NCBI GenBank assembly: GCA_046726415.1
Contig: JBKPAK010000108.1
Coordinates: forward strand, 1-43,701
DNA length: 43,701 bases
Direction of reading: 5' to 3'
DNA from: Candidatus Methylomirabilota bacterium
Lineage (GTDB): Bacteria > Methylomirabilota > Methylomirabilia > Rokubacteriales > CSP1-6
Shown: positions 8,845 to 17,622 of the stretch, one piece after another
Position numbering within the stretch: position 1 is the first letter of the stretch
How the letters are laid out: each line of letters starts with the position of its first letter
Notes under the pieces: generated by a model
Seen by the model: only the letters and a program-made list of their open reading frames with translations
The model's database searches: none
Told to the model about the DNA's origin: nothing
Position numbers and translations under genes: made by a program

Positions 8845-9630
8845 TCACAGACGATCGACCGCTTCCCGCCGAAGGACGACGCGAACCAGGATGAGACCGT
8901 GGGCCGGGGCGGTGGGCGCGGCCTGCCGACGATCGCGGCCGTCTAGCACGGCGGCCAGCCAGGGGGCATCGCGGAGGCCACGCCCCACGGCCACCAGGCT
9001 CCCTACGATGTTGCGCGCCATGTGGTGAAGGAACCGGTCTGCGGATACCACGAGGCCTAGCCGGCCGCGCCGCCATACGAGGTGGGCCGCGCGCAGCGTG
9101 CACATGGGATCCGCGTGGCGGCCGGGCGCCGCGCAGAAGGCCGTGAAGTCGTGTCGTCCCCGCAGTACCGCGAGCGCTTCTCGCATGGCGCGCGTGTCCA
9201 GGGCGTGAGGCACGTGCCAGGCGAACCGGCGAAGGAGCGGGTTGGCGACCTCCCCGGCGTCGATAAGGTACCCGTAGCGCTTCGCGATCGCCTCCCGCCG
9301 GGCGTTGAAACCGGCTCGCGCCTCCACGATGTCGCAGACGCGGATGTCGGCGGGAATGGTGGCATTGAGCGCCCGCCGCACCGTCTCTGGTGGGAGGCCC
9401 GTCGCGATGTCGAGCGAAGCGACTTGCCGCATGGCGTGGACCCCGGCGTCGGTCCGACTCGCGCCGGTCAGGCGTGCCGTCGAATCAAGGGTTCGCGCGG
9501 CACGCAGGAGCGTGCCTTGGATGGTCGGAGCCTGCGGTTGCCTCTGCCAGCCACAATACGCGGTTCCGTCGTAGGACACGACGAGCCGGAGCGTCCGTGG
9601 ATGCCGCTCCCCGCGCCCGCTCGGCGCCAC
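8845..9630 (-). CDS. truA: tRNA pseudouridine(38-40) synthase
   Basis: YDGTAYCGWQRQP, SRTDAGVHA, GRHDFTAF, FLHHMARNIVG and TAPAHGL motifs. Probable GTG at 9630. Confidence 0.95.
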   Translation of the reverse strand: MAPSGRGERHPRTLRLVVSYDGTAYCGWQRQPQAPTIQGTLLRAARTLDSTARLTGASRTDAGVHAMRQVASLDIATGLPPETVRRALNATIPADIRVCDIVEARAGFNARREAIAKRYGYLIDAGEVANPLLRRFAWHVPHALDTRAMREALAVLRGRHDFTAFCAAPGRHADPMCTLRAAHLVWRRGRLGLVVSADRFLHHMARNIVGSLVAVGRGLRDAPWLAAVLDGRDRRQAAPTAPAHGLILVRVVLRREAVDRL

Positions 9631-9641
9631 CGGGCGCCTGG

Positions 9642-10646
9642 TCAGGACCGGAGCAACAGCTCCGCGATCTGGACGGCGTTGGTCGCGGCGCCCTTGCGCA
9701 ACTGGTCGCCGACCACCCAGAAGCTCAGAGCGCGCGGGTGAGAGAGATCCTCCCGGATCCGTCCCACGTAGCAGTCGTCTCCTCCCTCGACCATCGTCGG
9801 CATGGGGTAGCGGTGATCGGCCGGCTCGTCCCATACCTGAAGCCCGGGGAAGCGCTCGAAGAGCTGCCGCGCGGCCGCTCTATCGATCGCCTCCTCCGTC
9901 TCCACGTTGACGGCAACGGAATGGCAGGTGAAGACGGGCACCCGGACCGTGGTCGGTGCGATGGGGAGGTTCGGAGCCTCGAGAATCTTCCTGGCCTCGT
10001 TGATCAGCTTCGCTTCCTCGCTCGTGTAGCCGTCGGGGCCGATCTCGCCGGCCGGGAGGAGGTTGAAGGCGATCTGGTGAGGGAAGTGGCGCGGGACGAT
10101 GGCCTCTCCCCGCGCCCAGGCCAGCGCCTGCTGGCGCAGGTCCTCGATGCCATTGACGCCCGCGCCGGAGACCGCCTGGAAGCTGGTCGCCACCACGCGG
10201 CGCAGACGGGCCGCGTCATGGAGCGGTTTGAGCGGCATGACGGTGACGATGGTCGTGCAGTTCGGACACGCCACGATGCCTTCGTGGGTCTTGACGGTAT
10301 GCGGATTGATCTCGGGCACCACCAGCGGCACCTTGGGGTCCATGCGAAAGGCGTTCGACTTGTCGACGACGAGGGCCCCAGCCTTCACGATCATCGGCGC
10401 GTACTCCTTCGACTGCGCGGAGCCGGCCGAGCAAAAGGCGATGTCCACCCCCTTGAAGGCAGCGGGCTCGATGGCCCGCACGGGCAGGGCCTCCCCCTGG
10501 AAGGCGACCGTCTTGCCGATGGAGCGCGGCGACGCAAACGCGCGAAGTTCCCGCACGGGGAACTTCCGCTCCTCGAGGACGCGCAGCGTCGTCTGGCCGG
10601 CGGCGCCGGTGGCGCCCACCACGGCGATGGTCAGTCCGGATGCCAT
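9642..10646 (-). CDS. asd: Aspartate-semialdehyde dehydrogenase
   Basis: VVGATGAAG, PNCTT, VSGAG, VRVPVFTCHS and DQLRKGAATNAVQIAE. ATG overlaps the leuB stop. Confidence 0.96.
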   Translation of the reverse strand: MASGLTIAVVGATGAAGQTTLRVLEERKFPVRELRAFASPRSIGKTVAFQGEALPVRAIEPAAFKGVDIAFCSAGSAQSKEYAPMIVKAGALVVDKSNAFRMDPKVPLVVPEINPHTVKTHEGIVACPNCTTIVTVMPLKPLHDAARLRRVVATSFQAVSGAGVNGIEDLRQQALAWARGEAIVPRHFPHQIAFNLLPAGEIGPDGYTSEEAKLINEARKILEAPNLPIAPTTVRVPVFTCHSVAVNVETEEAIDRAAARQLFERFPGLQVWDEPADHRYPMPTMVEGGDDCYVGRIREDLSHPRALSFWVVGDQLRKGAATNAVQIAELLLRS

Positions 10647-11731
10647 CAGAACTGAGCCTCCACTTCTCGGATGATCGCGTCGCCCATCTCCTTCGTGCCC
10701 ACCACCTTGGCCCCCTTGGCCGCGATGTCGCGGGTGCGGAGGCCTGCCTGCAGGACGCGCGCGACCGCGCGATCGACCTTCTCGGCGGCGTCCAGCAGGT
10801 CGAGCGAGTACCGAAGCAGCATCGCAGCCGAGAGGATGGATGCGATGGGATTGGCCACGCCCTGGCCAGCGATATCGGGTGCCGTGCCGTGGACCGGCTC
10901 GTACAGGCCGACGGTGCCACCGAGCGAGGCGGACGGTAGCATGCCCATGGACCCGGCCAGAATGGCGGCCTCGTCTGACAGGATGTCGCCGAAAGTGTTC
11001 TCGGTCACGATCGTGTCGAACTGCGTGGGCCTCCGCACCAGAGCCATGGCGCAATTGTCGACGAGGATATGCTCGAGGGAGACGTCCGGATAATCGTGGC
11101 CCACGCGAGTCACCACGTCGCGCCACAACTGCGACACGACGAGCACGTTCGACTTGTCCACCGACGCCAGGCGCTTGCGCCGCTTGCGGGCCACGTCGAA
11201 GCCCACCCGGGCCACGCGCTCGATCTCACGCGAGGTGTAGGCCATGGTGTTGACGGCGCGGGCGCTTCCGTCGGCGAACGTCTCCATACCTCGCGGCTCG
11301 CCGAAGTAGAGACCGCCCGTCAGCTCCCGGATGACCATCAGGTCGGTCCCATCCACCACCTCGCGCTTGAGCGGCGAGGCGTCCACCAGCATCGGGAAGC
11401 AGGTGGCGGGACGCAGATTGGCGTAGAGGTCCAGTTCCTTGCGGAGGGCGAGCAGGCCCCGTTCGGGGCGCGTCTCTTGCGGGGCGCCGTCCCACTTGGG
11501 TCCGCCCACCGATCCGAAGAGGATCGCGTGCGCCTCCTGGCAGAGCTTGAGCGTCTCCGGGGGGAGCGGGTGGCCCGTGGCATCGATGGCGGCCCCCCCA
11601 CACAAGGCTTGCTCGAACTCGAAATGGACGCCCGCGCCTTGGGCCACGGTCTGCAAGATCCGCACAGCCTGGGGCGTCACCTCCCCTCCGATACCGTCTC
11701 CGGGGAGGACCGCGATCTTGTATGTCGTCAT
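10646..11731 (-). CDS. leuB: 3-isopropylmalate dehydrogenase
   Basis: [38 protein letters not shown] and [13 protein letters not shown]. Confidence 0.96.
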   Translation of the reverse strand: MTTYKIAVLPGDGIGGEVTPQAVRILQTVAQGAGVHFEFEQALCGGAAIDATGHPLPPETLKLCQEAHAILFGSVGGPKWDGAPQETRPERGLLALRKELDLYANLRPATCFPMLVDASPLKREVVDGTDLMVIRELTGGLYFGEPRGMETFADGSARAVNTMAYTSREIERVARVGFDVARKRRKRLASVDKSNVLVVSQLWRDVVTRVGHDYPDVSLEHILVDNCAMALVRRPTQFDTIVTENTFGDILSDEAAILAGSMGMLPSASLGGTVGLYEPVHGTAPDIAGQGVANPIASILSAAMLLRYSLDLLDAAEKVDRAVARVLQAGLRTRDIAAKGAKVVGTKEMGDAIIREVEAQF

Positions 11732-11867
11732 CTTCGCCCCTTAGAATCCAGCGCCGCCTCCTTCGCTCAGGTCACCCTCCTGAGGATCCAGCCCTTCGAT
11801 CATGTCACCCTTCCCGCTGCGATACCCGCGCTGGCGGCCCCTCGGCCACCGCGCCGCTCGCCGGCTG

Positions 11868-12662
11868 TCAGTGCGATTCCCTCGGGGTCTCCAAGGTCGG
11901 AGCGAGGGGCGCCGGGGCGCGTCCCGACCACAGGCGGTAGATTGGTCCCGAGATCGCGTAGCCCACGAACAACAAAAACGGGAACTGCTCGTGATTGGTG
12001 GCGACGATCATGATGCCGAGCACCACCACCAACAGCGTCTGGAGCGGGCGCCGGCGGGCGAAGTCGATCTCCTTGAAGCTCCAGTACCGGAAGGTGGAGA
12101 CCATGAGGAGGGCCACCACGTACGTCCCCACCGCGATCACGGTCAAGAGCCACCGGGTCAACTCCACCCGCTGCAGCACGATGACCGTGCTCACGACCAC
12201 CCCCGCGGCCGCCGGGGTCGGCAGGCCCAGGAAGAAGCGCTTGTCTACCGATCCCGTCTGCACGTTGAAGCGCGCCAGACGCAGGGCGCCACAGATGACG
12301 AAGAGGGCCGCCCCGAACCACGCCGCGCGCGGCAACTCGGCGAGGGCGAACGAATACAGGATGAAGGCCGGGGCCACGCAGAACGAAACCACGTCGGCGA
12401 GCGAGTCGAACTCCACGCCGAACTGGCTGGTGGCCTTCATCAACCTGGCCACCCGACCGTCGAGCATGTCCATCACCATGGCCACAAAAATGGCCAGCGC
12501 CGCTTCCGTGTACCGGTGGTCCACCGTCAGGAGCAGCGCGTAGAAACCACAGAAGAGGTTGGCGATGGTCAGCAGCGCGGGGAGCAGGAACACGCCGCGA
12601 GCACGCTGGTCGCGGATTTCCTGCCAGCGGCGGCGGCGGAGCGCTTTGCCCTGGCGTCGCAT
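11868..12662 (-). CDS. pssA: CDP-diacylglycerol--serine O-phosphatidyltransferase
   Basis: DMLDGRVARL...SQFGVEFDSLADVVSF and ALRLARFN, FLGLPTP. Probable ATG at 12662. Confidence 0.92.
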   Translation of the reverse strand: MRRQGKALRRRRWQEIRDQRARGVFLLPALLTIANLFCGFYALLLTVDHRYTEAALAIFVAMVMDMLDGRVARLMKATSQFGVEFDSLADVVSFCVAPAFILYSFALAELPRAAWFGAALFVICGALRLARFNVQTGSVDKRFFLGLPTPAAAGVVVSTVIVLQRVELTRWLLTVIAVGTYVVALLMVSTFRYWSFKEIDFARRRPLQTLLVVVLGIMIVATNHEQFPFLLFVGYAISGPIYRLWSGRAPAPLAPTLETPRESH

Positions 12663-12726
12663 CAGTGCCGCCGGGCCTCGCCGCGCGGCTCGCACTGGTG
12701 ATGGCCGGCTCGAGGTGGGCGCCGTT

Positions 12727-13356
12727 TCATGCCAGCATGCCGATGGCCGTTTCGCCGCCGACCACCCGATCACCCGGCTGGACCAGGGCCTGCGTGCCTC
12801 GCGGCATGAAACAATCCGTCCGCGAGCCGAAGCGAATGATACCGAACCGCTCGCCCGCTTGAAGCTTGTCCCCGGCACCGACCCGGCACACCACGCGACG
12901 CGCCGCCACCCCCGCGACCTGCACGACGGTCACGCGGGCCCGTGCCCCCTCGATGTGCACGGCGCAGCGCTCGTTCTCCTCTCCGGCTTCCGGCCGGTAG
13001 GCGGGCAGGAAATGGCCGGACGTGTAGACCGTGCCCACCACCACGCCAGCGATGGGCGAGCGGGTCACATGGACATCGAAGGGCGAGAGGAAAATGGAGA
13101 TGCGCAAGGCCGACCCTACGAACGGATCGTCGTGCTCGTCCACGATCGTCACCCGTCCATCGGCCGGGGCGATCACGGCGTGGGCCGCGGTGGGGGTGAC
13201 GCGCTCGGGGTCGCGGAAGAAGCCGAGTGAGGCCAGCGAGGCGGCCGCAAAAGGCAGGGCAAGCCGGCGGCGCCCCCCCAGTGCGAGGGCCGCTGCGATG
13301 GCGCCGGGCAGCAACACGAACGGCCAGCCCTCCTGAGCGACGGGAATCCGGACCAC
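12727..13356 (-). CDS. psd: Phosphatidylserine decarboxylase (short type)
   Basis: FFRDPER, APADGRV, IFLSPFDVHV and the self-cleavage motif RFGSRTD. Confidence 0.92.
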   Translation of the reverse strand: MVRIPVAQEGWPFVLLPGAIAAALALGGRRRLALPFAAASLASLGFFRDPERVTPTAAHAVIAPADGRVTIVDEHDDPFVGSALRISIFLSPFDVHVTRSPIAGVVVGTVYTSGHFLPAYRPEAGEENERCAVHIEGARARVTVVQVAGVAARRVVCRVGAGDKLQAGERFGIIRFGSRTDCFMPRGTQALVQPGDRVVGGETAIGMLA

Positions 13357-13365
13357 GTCGCACCC

Positions 13366-14370
13366 CTACATCCGCGGGGGTTTGATCCAGGACATCATGG
13401 CCCGCAGCCGCTTGCCGACCTCTTCGATCTGATGGTCGGCGTCGCGCCGCCGCATGGCGAGGAAACCGGCGCGGTTGGCCTGGTTCTCCAGCACCCACTC
13501 GCGCGCGAACTGACCGGACTGGATCTCGGCGAGGATCTTCTTCATCTCGGCCTTGGTCTCGTCGCTGACCACGCGGGGGCCGCGCGTGTAGTCTCCATAC
13601 TCGGCGGTGTCGGAGACGGAGTAACGCATGTAGGCCAGTCCGCCCTGGTAGAAGAGATCGACGATGAGCTTCATCTCGTGCATGCACTCGAAGTAGGCCA
13701 CCTCCGGCTGGTAGCCGGCTTCCACCAGGGTCTCGAACGCCGCCTTGATGAGGTGGGAAACGCCGCCGCAGAGCGTGGTTTGCTCGCCGAACAGATCGGT
13801 CTCGGTCTCCTCTTTGAACGTGGTCTCGATGACCCCGGCCCGGGTGCAGCCCACGCCCTTGCCGTAGGCCAGGGCGAGATCACGGGCTTTTCCCGTCACG
13901 TCCTGGGAGACGGCTACCAGGGCCGGCACCCCCGGTCCTTGCGTGAAGAGATCGCGCATCACGTGGCCAGGCGCCTTGGGAGCGATCATGGTCACATCGA
14001 CGTCGGGGGGGGGTACCACCTGGTTGAAGTGGATGTTGAAGCCGTGGGCGAACATCAGCATCTTGCCCTTGCCGAGACCACCCCGGATCTCGCGCTCGAA
14101 GACCTCTCGCTGGCTCTGGTCGGGGAGCAGAATCATGACGACGTCGGCCATCTGCGCGGCCTCCGGCACGGTGGCTACCCGCAGCCCATCCTTCTCGACC
14201 TTGTCCCAGCTCTGCGAGCCCTTGTAGAGTCCCACCACGACGTTCTGTCCCGTGTCCTTGAGGTTGAGGGCGTGCGCGTGGCCCTGGCTGCCATACCCGA
14301 TGACGGCGATGGTCTTGCCCTTGAGGAGGCCAAGGTCGGCGTCCTGGTCGTAGTAGATCTTTGCCGGCAT
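13366..14370 (-). CDS. ilvC: Ketol-acid reductoisomerase
   Basis: ATG at 14370 (MPAKIYY). [29 protein letters not shown] and SVSDTAEYG. Confidence 0.97.
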   Translation of the reverse strand: MPAKIYYDQDADLGLLKGKTIAVIGYGSQGHAHALNLKDTGQNVVVGLYKGSQSWDKVEKDGLRVATVPEAAQMADVVMILLPDQSQREVFEREIRGGLGKGKMLMFAHGFNIHFNQVVPPPDVDVTMIAPKAPGHVMRDLFTQGPGVPALVAVSQDVTGKARDLALAYGKGVGCTRAGVIETTFKEETETDLFGEQTTLCGGVSHLIKAAFETLVEAGYQPEVAYFECMHEMKLIVDLFYQGGLAYMRYSVSDTAEYGDYTRGPRVVSDETKAEMKKILAEIQSGQFAREWVLENQANRAGFLAMRRRDADHQIEEVGKRLRAMMSWIKPPRM

Positions 14371-14392
14371 CTCTTCGGTCCTTTCTTTCCGT

Positions 14393-14968
14393 TTAGTCCG
14401 CGAATCCCACCACGCGGGGGTCCTCGGTTGCCCGCGGGCGCGGGCGGGGTTCCACGCGCCGCACGCGCGTCTTGGGGCCTCGCGCGATGGCCACCTTGCC
14501 CGTGCGCGCGATTTCCTGGATTCCAATGGGGCGCAGCAGCTCGAGAAGGGCCTCCAGCTTCTCTTCGGTGCCGGTGGCCTCGAGAACGAAGGTCTGGGGG
14601 GTGACATCCACGACCTTGGCCCGGAAGATGTCGACCGTGCGCAAAACCTCCGCCCGATGCTGGGGCTCGGCGTTGACCCGGATGAGCACCAGCTCGCGCT
14701 CCACCCGACTTTCATCCGTCAGGTCCGTGACCTTGATGACGTCGACGAGTTTGTAGAGCTGCTTGATGACTTGCTCGATGACGAACTCGTCGCCCCGCAC
14801 CACCAGGGTCATCCGCGACACGCTGGAATCCAGCGTCTCGCCCACCGAGAGGCTCTCGATGTTATAGCCTCGCGCGGAGAACAATCCAGCCACGCGCGAG
14901 AGGACGCCGAACTTGTTCTCCACCTGCACGGCAATCGTGTGCTTGCGCGGCTCGCTGCCGTTCTGCAT
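14393..14968 (-). CDS. ilvN: Acetolactate synthase small (regulatory) subunit
   Basis: [38 protein letters not shown] and EIARTG. ATG at 14968. Confidence 0.95.
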   Translation of the reverse strand: MQNGSEPRKHTIAVQVENKFGVLSRVAGLFSARGYNIESLSVGETLDSSVSRMTLVVRGDEFVIEQVIKQLYKLVDVIKVTDLTDESRVERELVLIRVNAEPQHRAEVLRTVDIFRAKVVDVTPQTFVLEATGTEEKLEALLELLRPIGIQEIARTGKVAIARGPKTRVRRVEPRPRPRATEDPRVVGFAD

Positions 14969-16722
14969 CAGAACCCCGTTTGAGATTTGGCCGCCTTGTC
15001 CCGCACCTCGCGGCTGGGGGGGGCCAGGATCATGTCGGTGTTGGCCCCGCCCGCCGGCACCATGGGGAAGACGCACTCGTCCTTATCCACACACACGTCC
15101 ACCACCACCGGGGCCGGCGTGCTGATCATCTTCTCGAGGGCGGGCACCACCTCGCTGGGCTTGGTCACCCGAATCCCCACACAACCGTACGCTTCGGCCA
15201 GCTTGACCCAGTCGGGAATCCCGGGCAGGTCGATGGCGCAGTAGCGCTCCTTGTAGATGATCCGCTGCCACTGTCGGACCATGCCGTGGCCACTGTTGTT
15301 GATGATGACGGTCTTGACCGGCAGCCCCTCCGTGAAGCAGGTGGCCAGCTCTTGACTGTTCATGGCGAAGGAGCCATCGCCGTCGATGTTGATGACGAGC
15401 TTGCCGGGGTTGCCGGCCTGGACCCCCATGGCGGTGGGCAGCCCGTAGCCCATCGTCCCCAGCCCCCCAGAGGTGCACCAGCGGCGAGGGTGCGTGAAGC
15501 GGTAGTACTGGGCGGCCCACATCTGGTGCTGGCCCACGCCCGTCACCACGTAGGCCTCCCCGCGGGTCAGATTGGAGAGCTCCTCCATCACGTACTGCGG
15601 CTTGATCACCTCATCACTCCACTCGTAGCGGAACGGGAAGCGCTCCCGCCAGTCCGCGAGCTGCGCGTGCCACGCCTTGCGGCCTTCCCGCGCGGTCGCC
15701 GACGTCTCGCCGCCCATCTCCTCCCGCACTGCCTCCAGGAGCGCGCGCAGCACCCGCCGGCAATCGCCGACGATCGGGACGTCGACCTTCAGATTCTTGC
15801 TGATCGACGATGGGTCGATGTCGATGTGGATGATCTCGGCATTGGGTGCGAAAGCCTCCACTCTCCCGGTGACCCGATCGTCGAAGCGCGCGCCCACGGA
15901 GATCAGCACGTCGGAATGGTGCACGGCCATGTTGGCGTAATAGCTCCCGTGCATGCCCAGCATGTCGAGCGACAGCGGATGCGCGGAGGGGAACGCGCCC
16001 AGACCCATGAGCGTGGTGGTGACGGGGATCTGGGTCAGCTCCGCCAGCTCTCGCAGCTCGGTGCTCGCGTCGGAGGAGATGGCGCCGCCGCCGACGTACA
16101 GAACCGGCCGCCGGGCCCGGACCATGAGCCGGGCGGCGCGCTTGATCTGACCCGGATGGCCGTCGTAGTTGGGATTGTAGGAACGGAGGGTGACCCGCTC
16201 GGGCCACACGAACTCCGCCTCCTTGACCAACACGTCCTTGGGCAGGTCGACGTGCACGGGACCCGGGCGCCCAGTGGATGCGATGTGAAAGGCCTCCCGG
16301 ATGATGGGTCCTAGATCTTTGCCGTCCTTGACCAGGAAGTTGTGCTTGGTACAGGGGCGGGTAATACCGACATTGTCCGCTTCCTGAAAGGCGTCGTTTC
16401 CGATGAGATGGGTGGGGACCTGACCCGTGAACGCGACGATGGGGATGGAGTCCATCAGGGCGTCCTGCAGCGCGGTGACCAGGTTGGTGGCGGCGGGGCC
16501 CGACGTCACCAGGCACACGCCGACCTTGCCGGTGGTCCGGGCGTAACCCTCGGCGGCATGTCCGGCGGCGGCTTCCTGACGGACCAAGACGTGGCGAAGG
16601 CCCTCGAAATCGTACAGCACGTCGTAAATGGGCAGCACGGCACCCCCGGGCAGGCCGAAGACGAGATCGACCCCTTCCCGCTTCAGGGCCTCCAGCACGA
16701 TGCGCGCACCGGGCATCTTCAC
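14968..16722 (-). CDS. ilvB: Acetolactate synthase large subunit
   Basis: [42 protein letters not shown] and the TPP motif GDGSF...NN. Confidence 0.96.
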   Translation of the reverse strand: MKMPGARIVLEALKREGVDLVFGLPGGAVLPIYDVLYDFEGLRHVLVRQEAAAGHAAEGYARTTGKVGVCLVTSGPAATNLVTALQDALMDSIPIVAFTGQVPTHLIGNDAFQEADNVGITRPCTKHNFLVKDGKDLGPIIREAFHIASTGRPGPVHVDLPKDVLVKEAEFVWPERVTLRSYNPNYDGHPGQIKRAARLMVRARRPVLYVGGGAISSDASTELRELAELTQIPVTTTLMGLGAFPSAHPLSLDMLGMHGSYYANMAVHHSDVLISVGARFDDRVTGRVEAFAPNAEIIHIDIDPSSISKNLKVDVPIVGDCRRVLRALLEAVREEMGGETSATAREGRKAWHAQLADWRERFPFRYEWSDEVIKPQYVMEELSNLTRGEAYVVTGVGQHQMWAAQYYRFTHPRRWCTSGGLGTMGYGLPTAMGVQAGNPGKLVINIDGDGSFAMNSQELATCFTEGLPVKTVIINNSGHGMVRQWQRIIYKERYCAIDLPGIPDWVKLAEAYGCVGIRVTKPSEVVPALEKMISTPAPVVVDVCVDKDECVFPMVPAGGANTDMILAPPSREVRDKAAKSQTGF

Positions 16723-16734
16723 CAGCAGTCCCTC

Positions 16735-17622
16735 CTAGAGCAGGCCCGCCGTGGCGAGCAGTTCCTTGATGTCCTCGATGGCATCGCCATCGGGCGTGGC
16801 GAGCGGCGCGCGGCACGGCCCGCCATAGAACCCCAGCAGGTCGAGCGCGGCCTTGAGCCCACCGATGCCGTAACGGCCGCCGATGCTGCGATCGGCCGGC
16901 ATCATGCGCGCGGCGATGTCCTTCGCTTCCGCCCACCGGCCCTGGCGAGCCCCCGCGTACACGGCGCACCAGTCTCGCGCGGAGACGGCGGCGAGGGCCA
17001 GGACCCCTCCCGACGAGCCGATGGCCAGTGACGGGAGCAGCGCCGATGCGGCTCCCACCAGGACATGGAAGCTCTTGGGGGTCTGGTCGATGATCTGCGC
17101 GCACTGGGAGATGTCCCCCGACGAGTCCGCGATGCCGCACACGTTGGGGTGCTCGGCGATCCGGGCCACCGTCTCCGCCTCGAGGTTGATGCCGGTATTG
17201 AGCGGAACGTTGTCGACCATGATGGGGATCGGCGAGGCCTCGGCCACCGTCAGATAGTGCCGGATGTGGGCGGCCGCCTGACCGGAGCCCCTCGTGAAGT
17301 AATGCGGGGGAATGACGATGGCCGCGTCCGCCCCGATCTCCGCCGCGCGCCTCGTCTGCCAAATGGTGGTGAGCGTGGCATTCGTTCCCGTCCCCGCCAG
17401 GAACAGTTTGTCGCGGGGAATGGCCTCGCGCGCCGCGACCAAAATTCGATCGCGCTCGGACTCATTCAGCATGGGGAACTCGCCGGTCGAGCTCAGGACG
17501 ACATATCCGCGCAAGGGGCTCGCGTTCCACCGTCCGAGATTGGCGGCGAGTCGATCGGGCGCGACGTCGTCCCCGCGAAAGGGCGTGGGCGCGGGGACGA
17601 AGATGCCACCGAAATCAGCCAC
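16735..17622 (-). CDS. Dihydrodipicolinate synthase (DapA/NAL/HOGA) family protein with substituted catalytic residues
   Basis: GIFVPAPTPF, SSTGE, GADAAIVIPPHY and GLKAALDLLG. The usual YNxP reads DNVP and GIKDS reads GIADS. GTG at 17622 with GGAGGAGG RBS, overlapping the ppdK end. Confidence 0.85.
   Translation of the reverse strand: MADFGGIFVPAPTPFRGDDVAPDRLAANLGRWNASPLRGYVVLSSTGEFPMLNESERDRILVAAREAIPRDKLFLAGTGTNATLTTIWQTRRAAEIGADAAIVIPPHYFTRGSGQAAAHIRHYLTVAEASPIPIMVDNVPLNTGINLEAETVARIAEHPNVCGIADSSGDISQCAQIIDQTPKSFHVLVGAASALLPSLAIGSSGGVLALAAVSARDWCAVYAGARQGRWAEAKDIAARMMPADRSIGGRYGIGGLKAALDLLGFYGGPCRAPLATPDGDAIEDIKELLATAGLL

Noticed and set aside
11741-11803. 20-aa minus-strand mini-ORF MIEGLDPQEGDLSEGGGAGF upstream of leuB
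   Set aside because: Not Leu-rich and no terminator or antiterminator; insufficient support as a leader peptide.
11868-13356. psd-pssA embedded in the ilv-leu cluster
   Set aside because: Looks odd but is a familiar conserved arrangement in deltaproteobacteria-like lineages; not novel.
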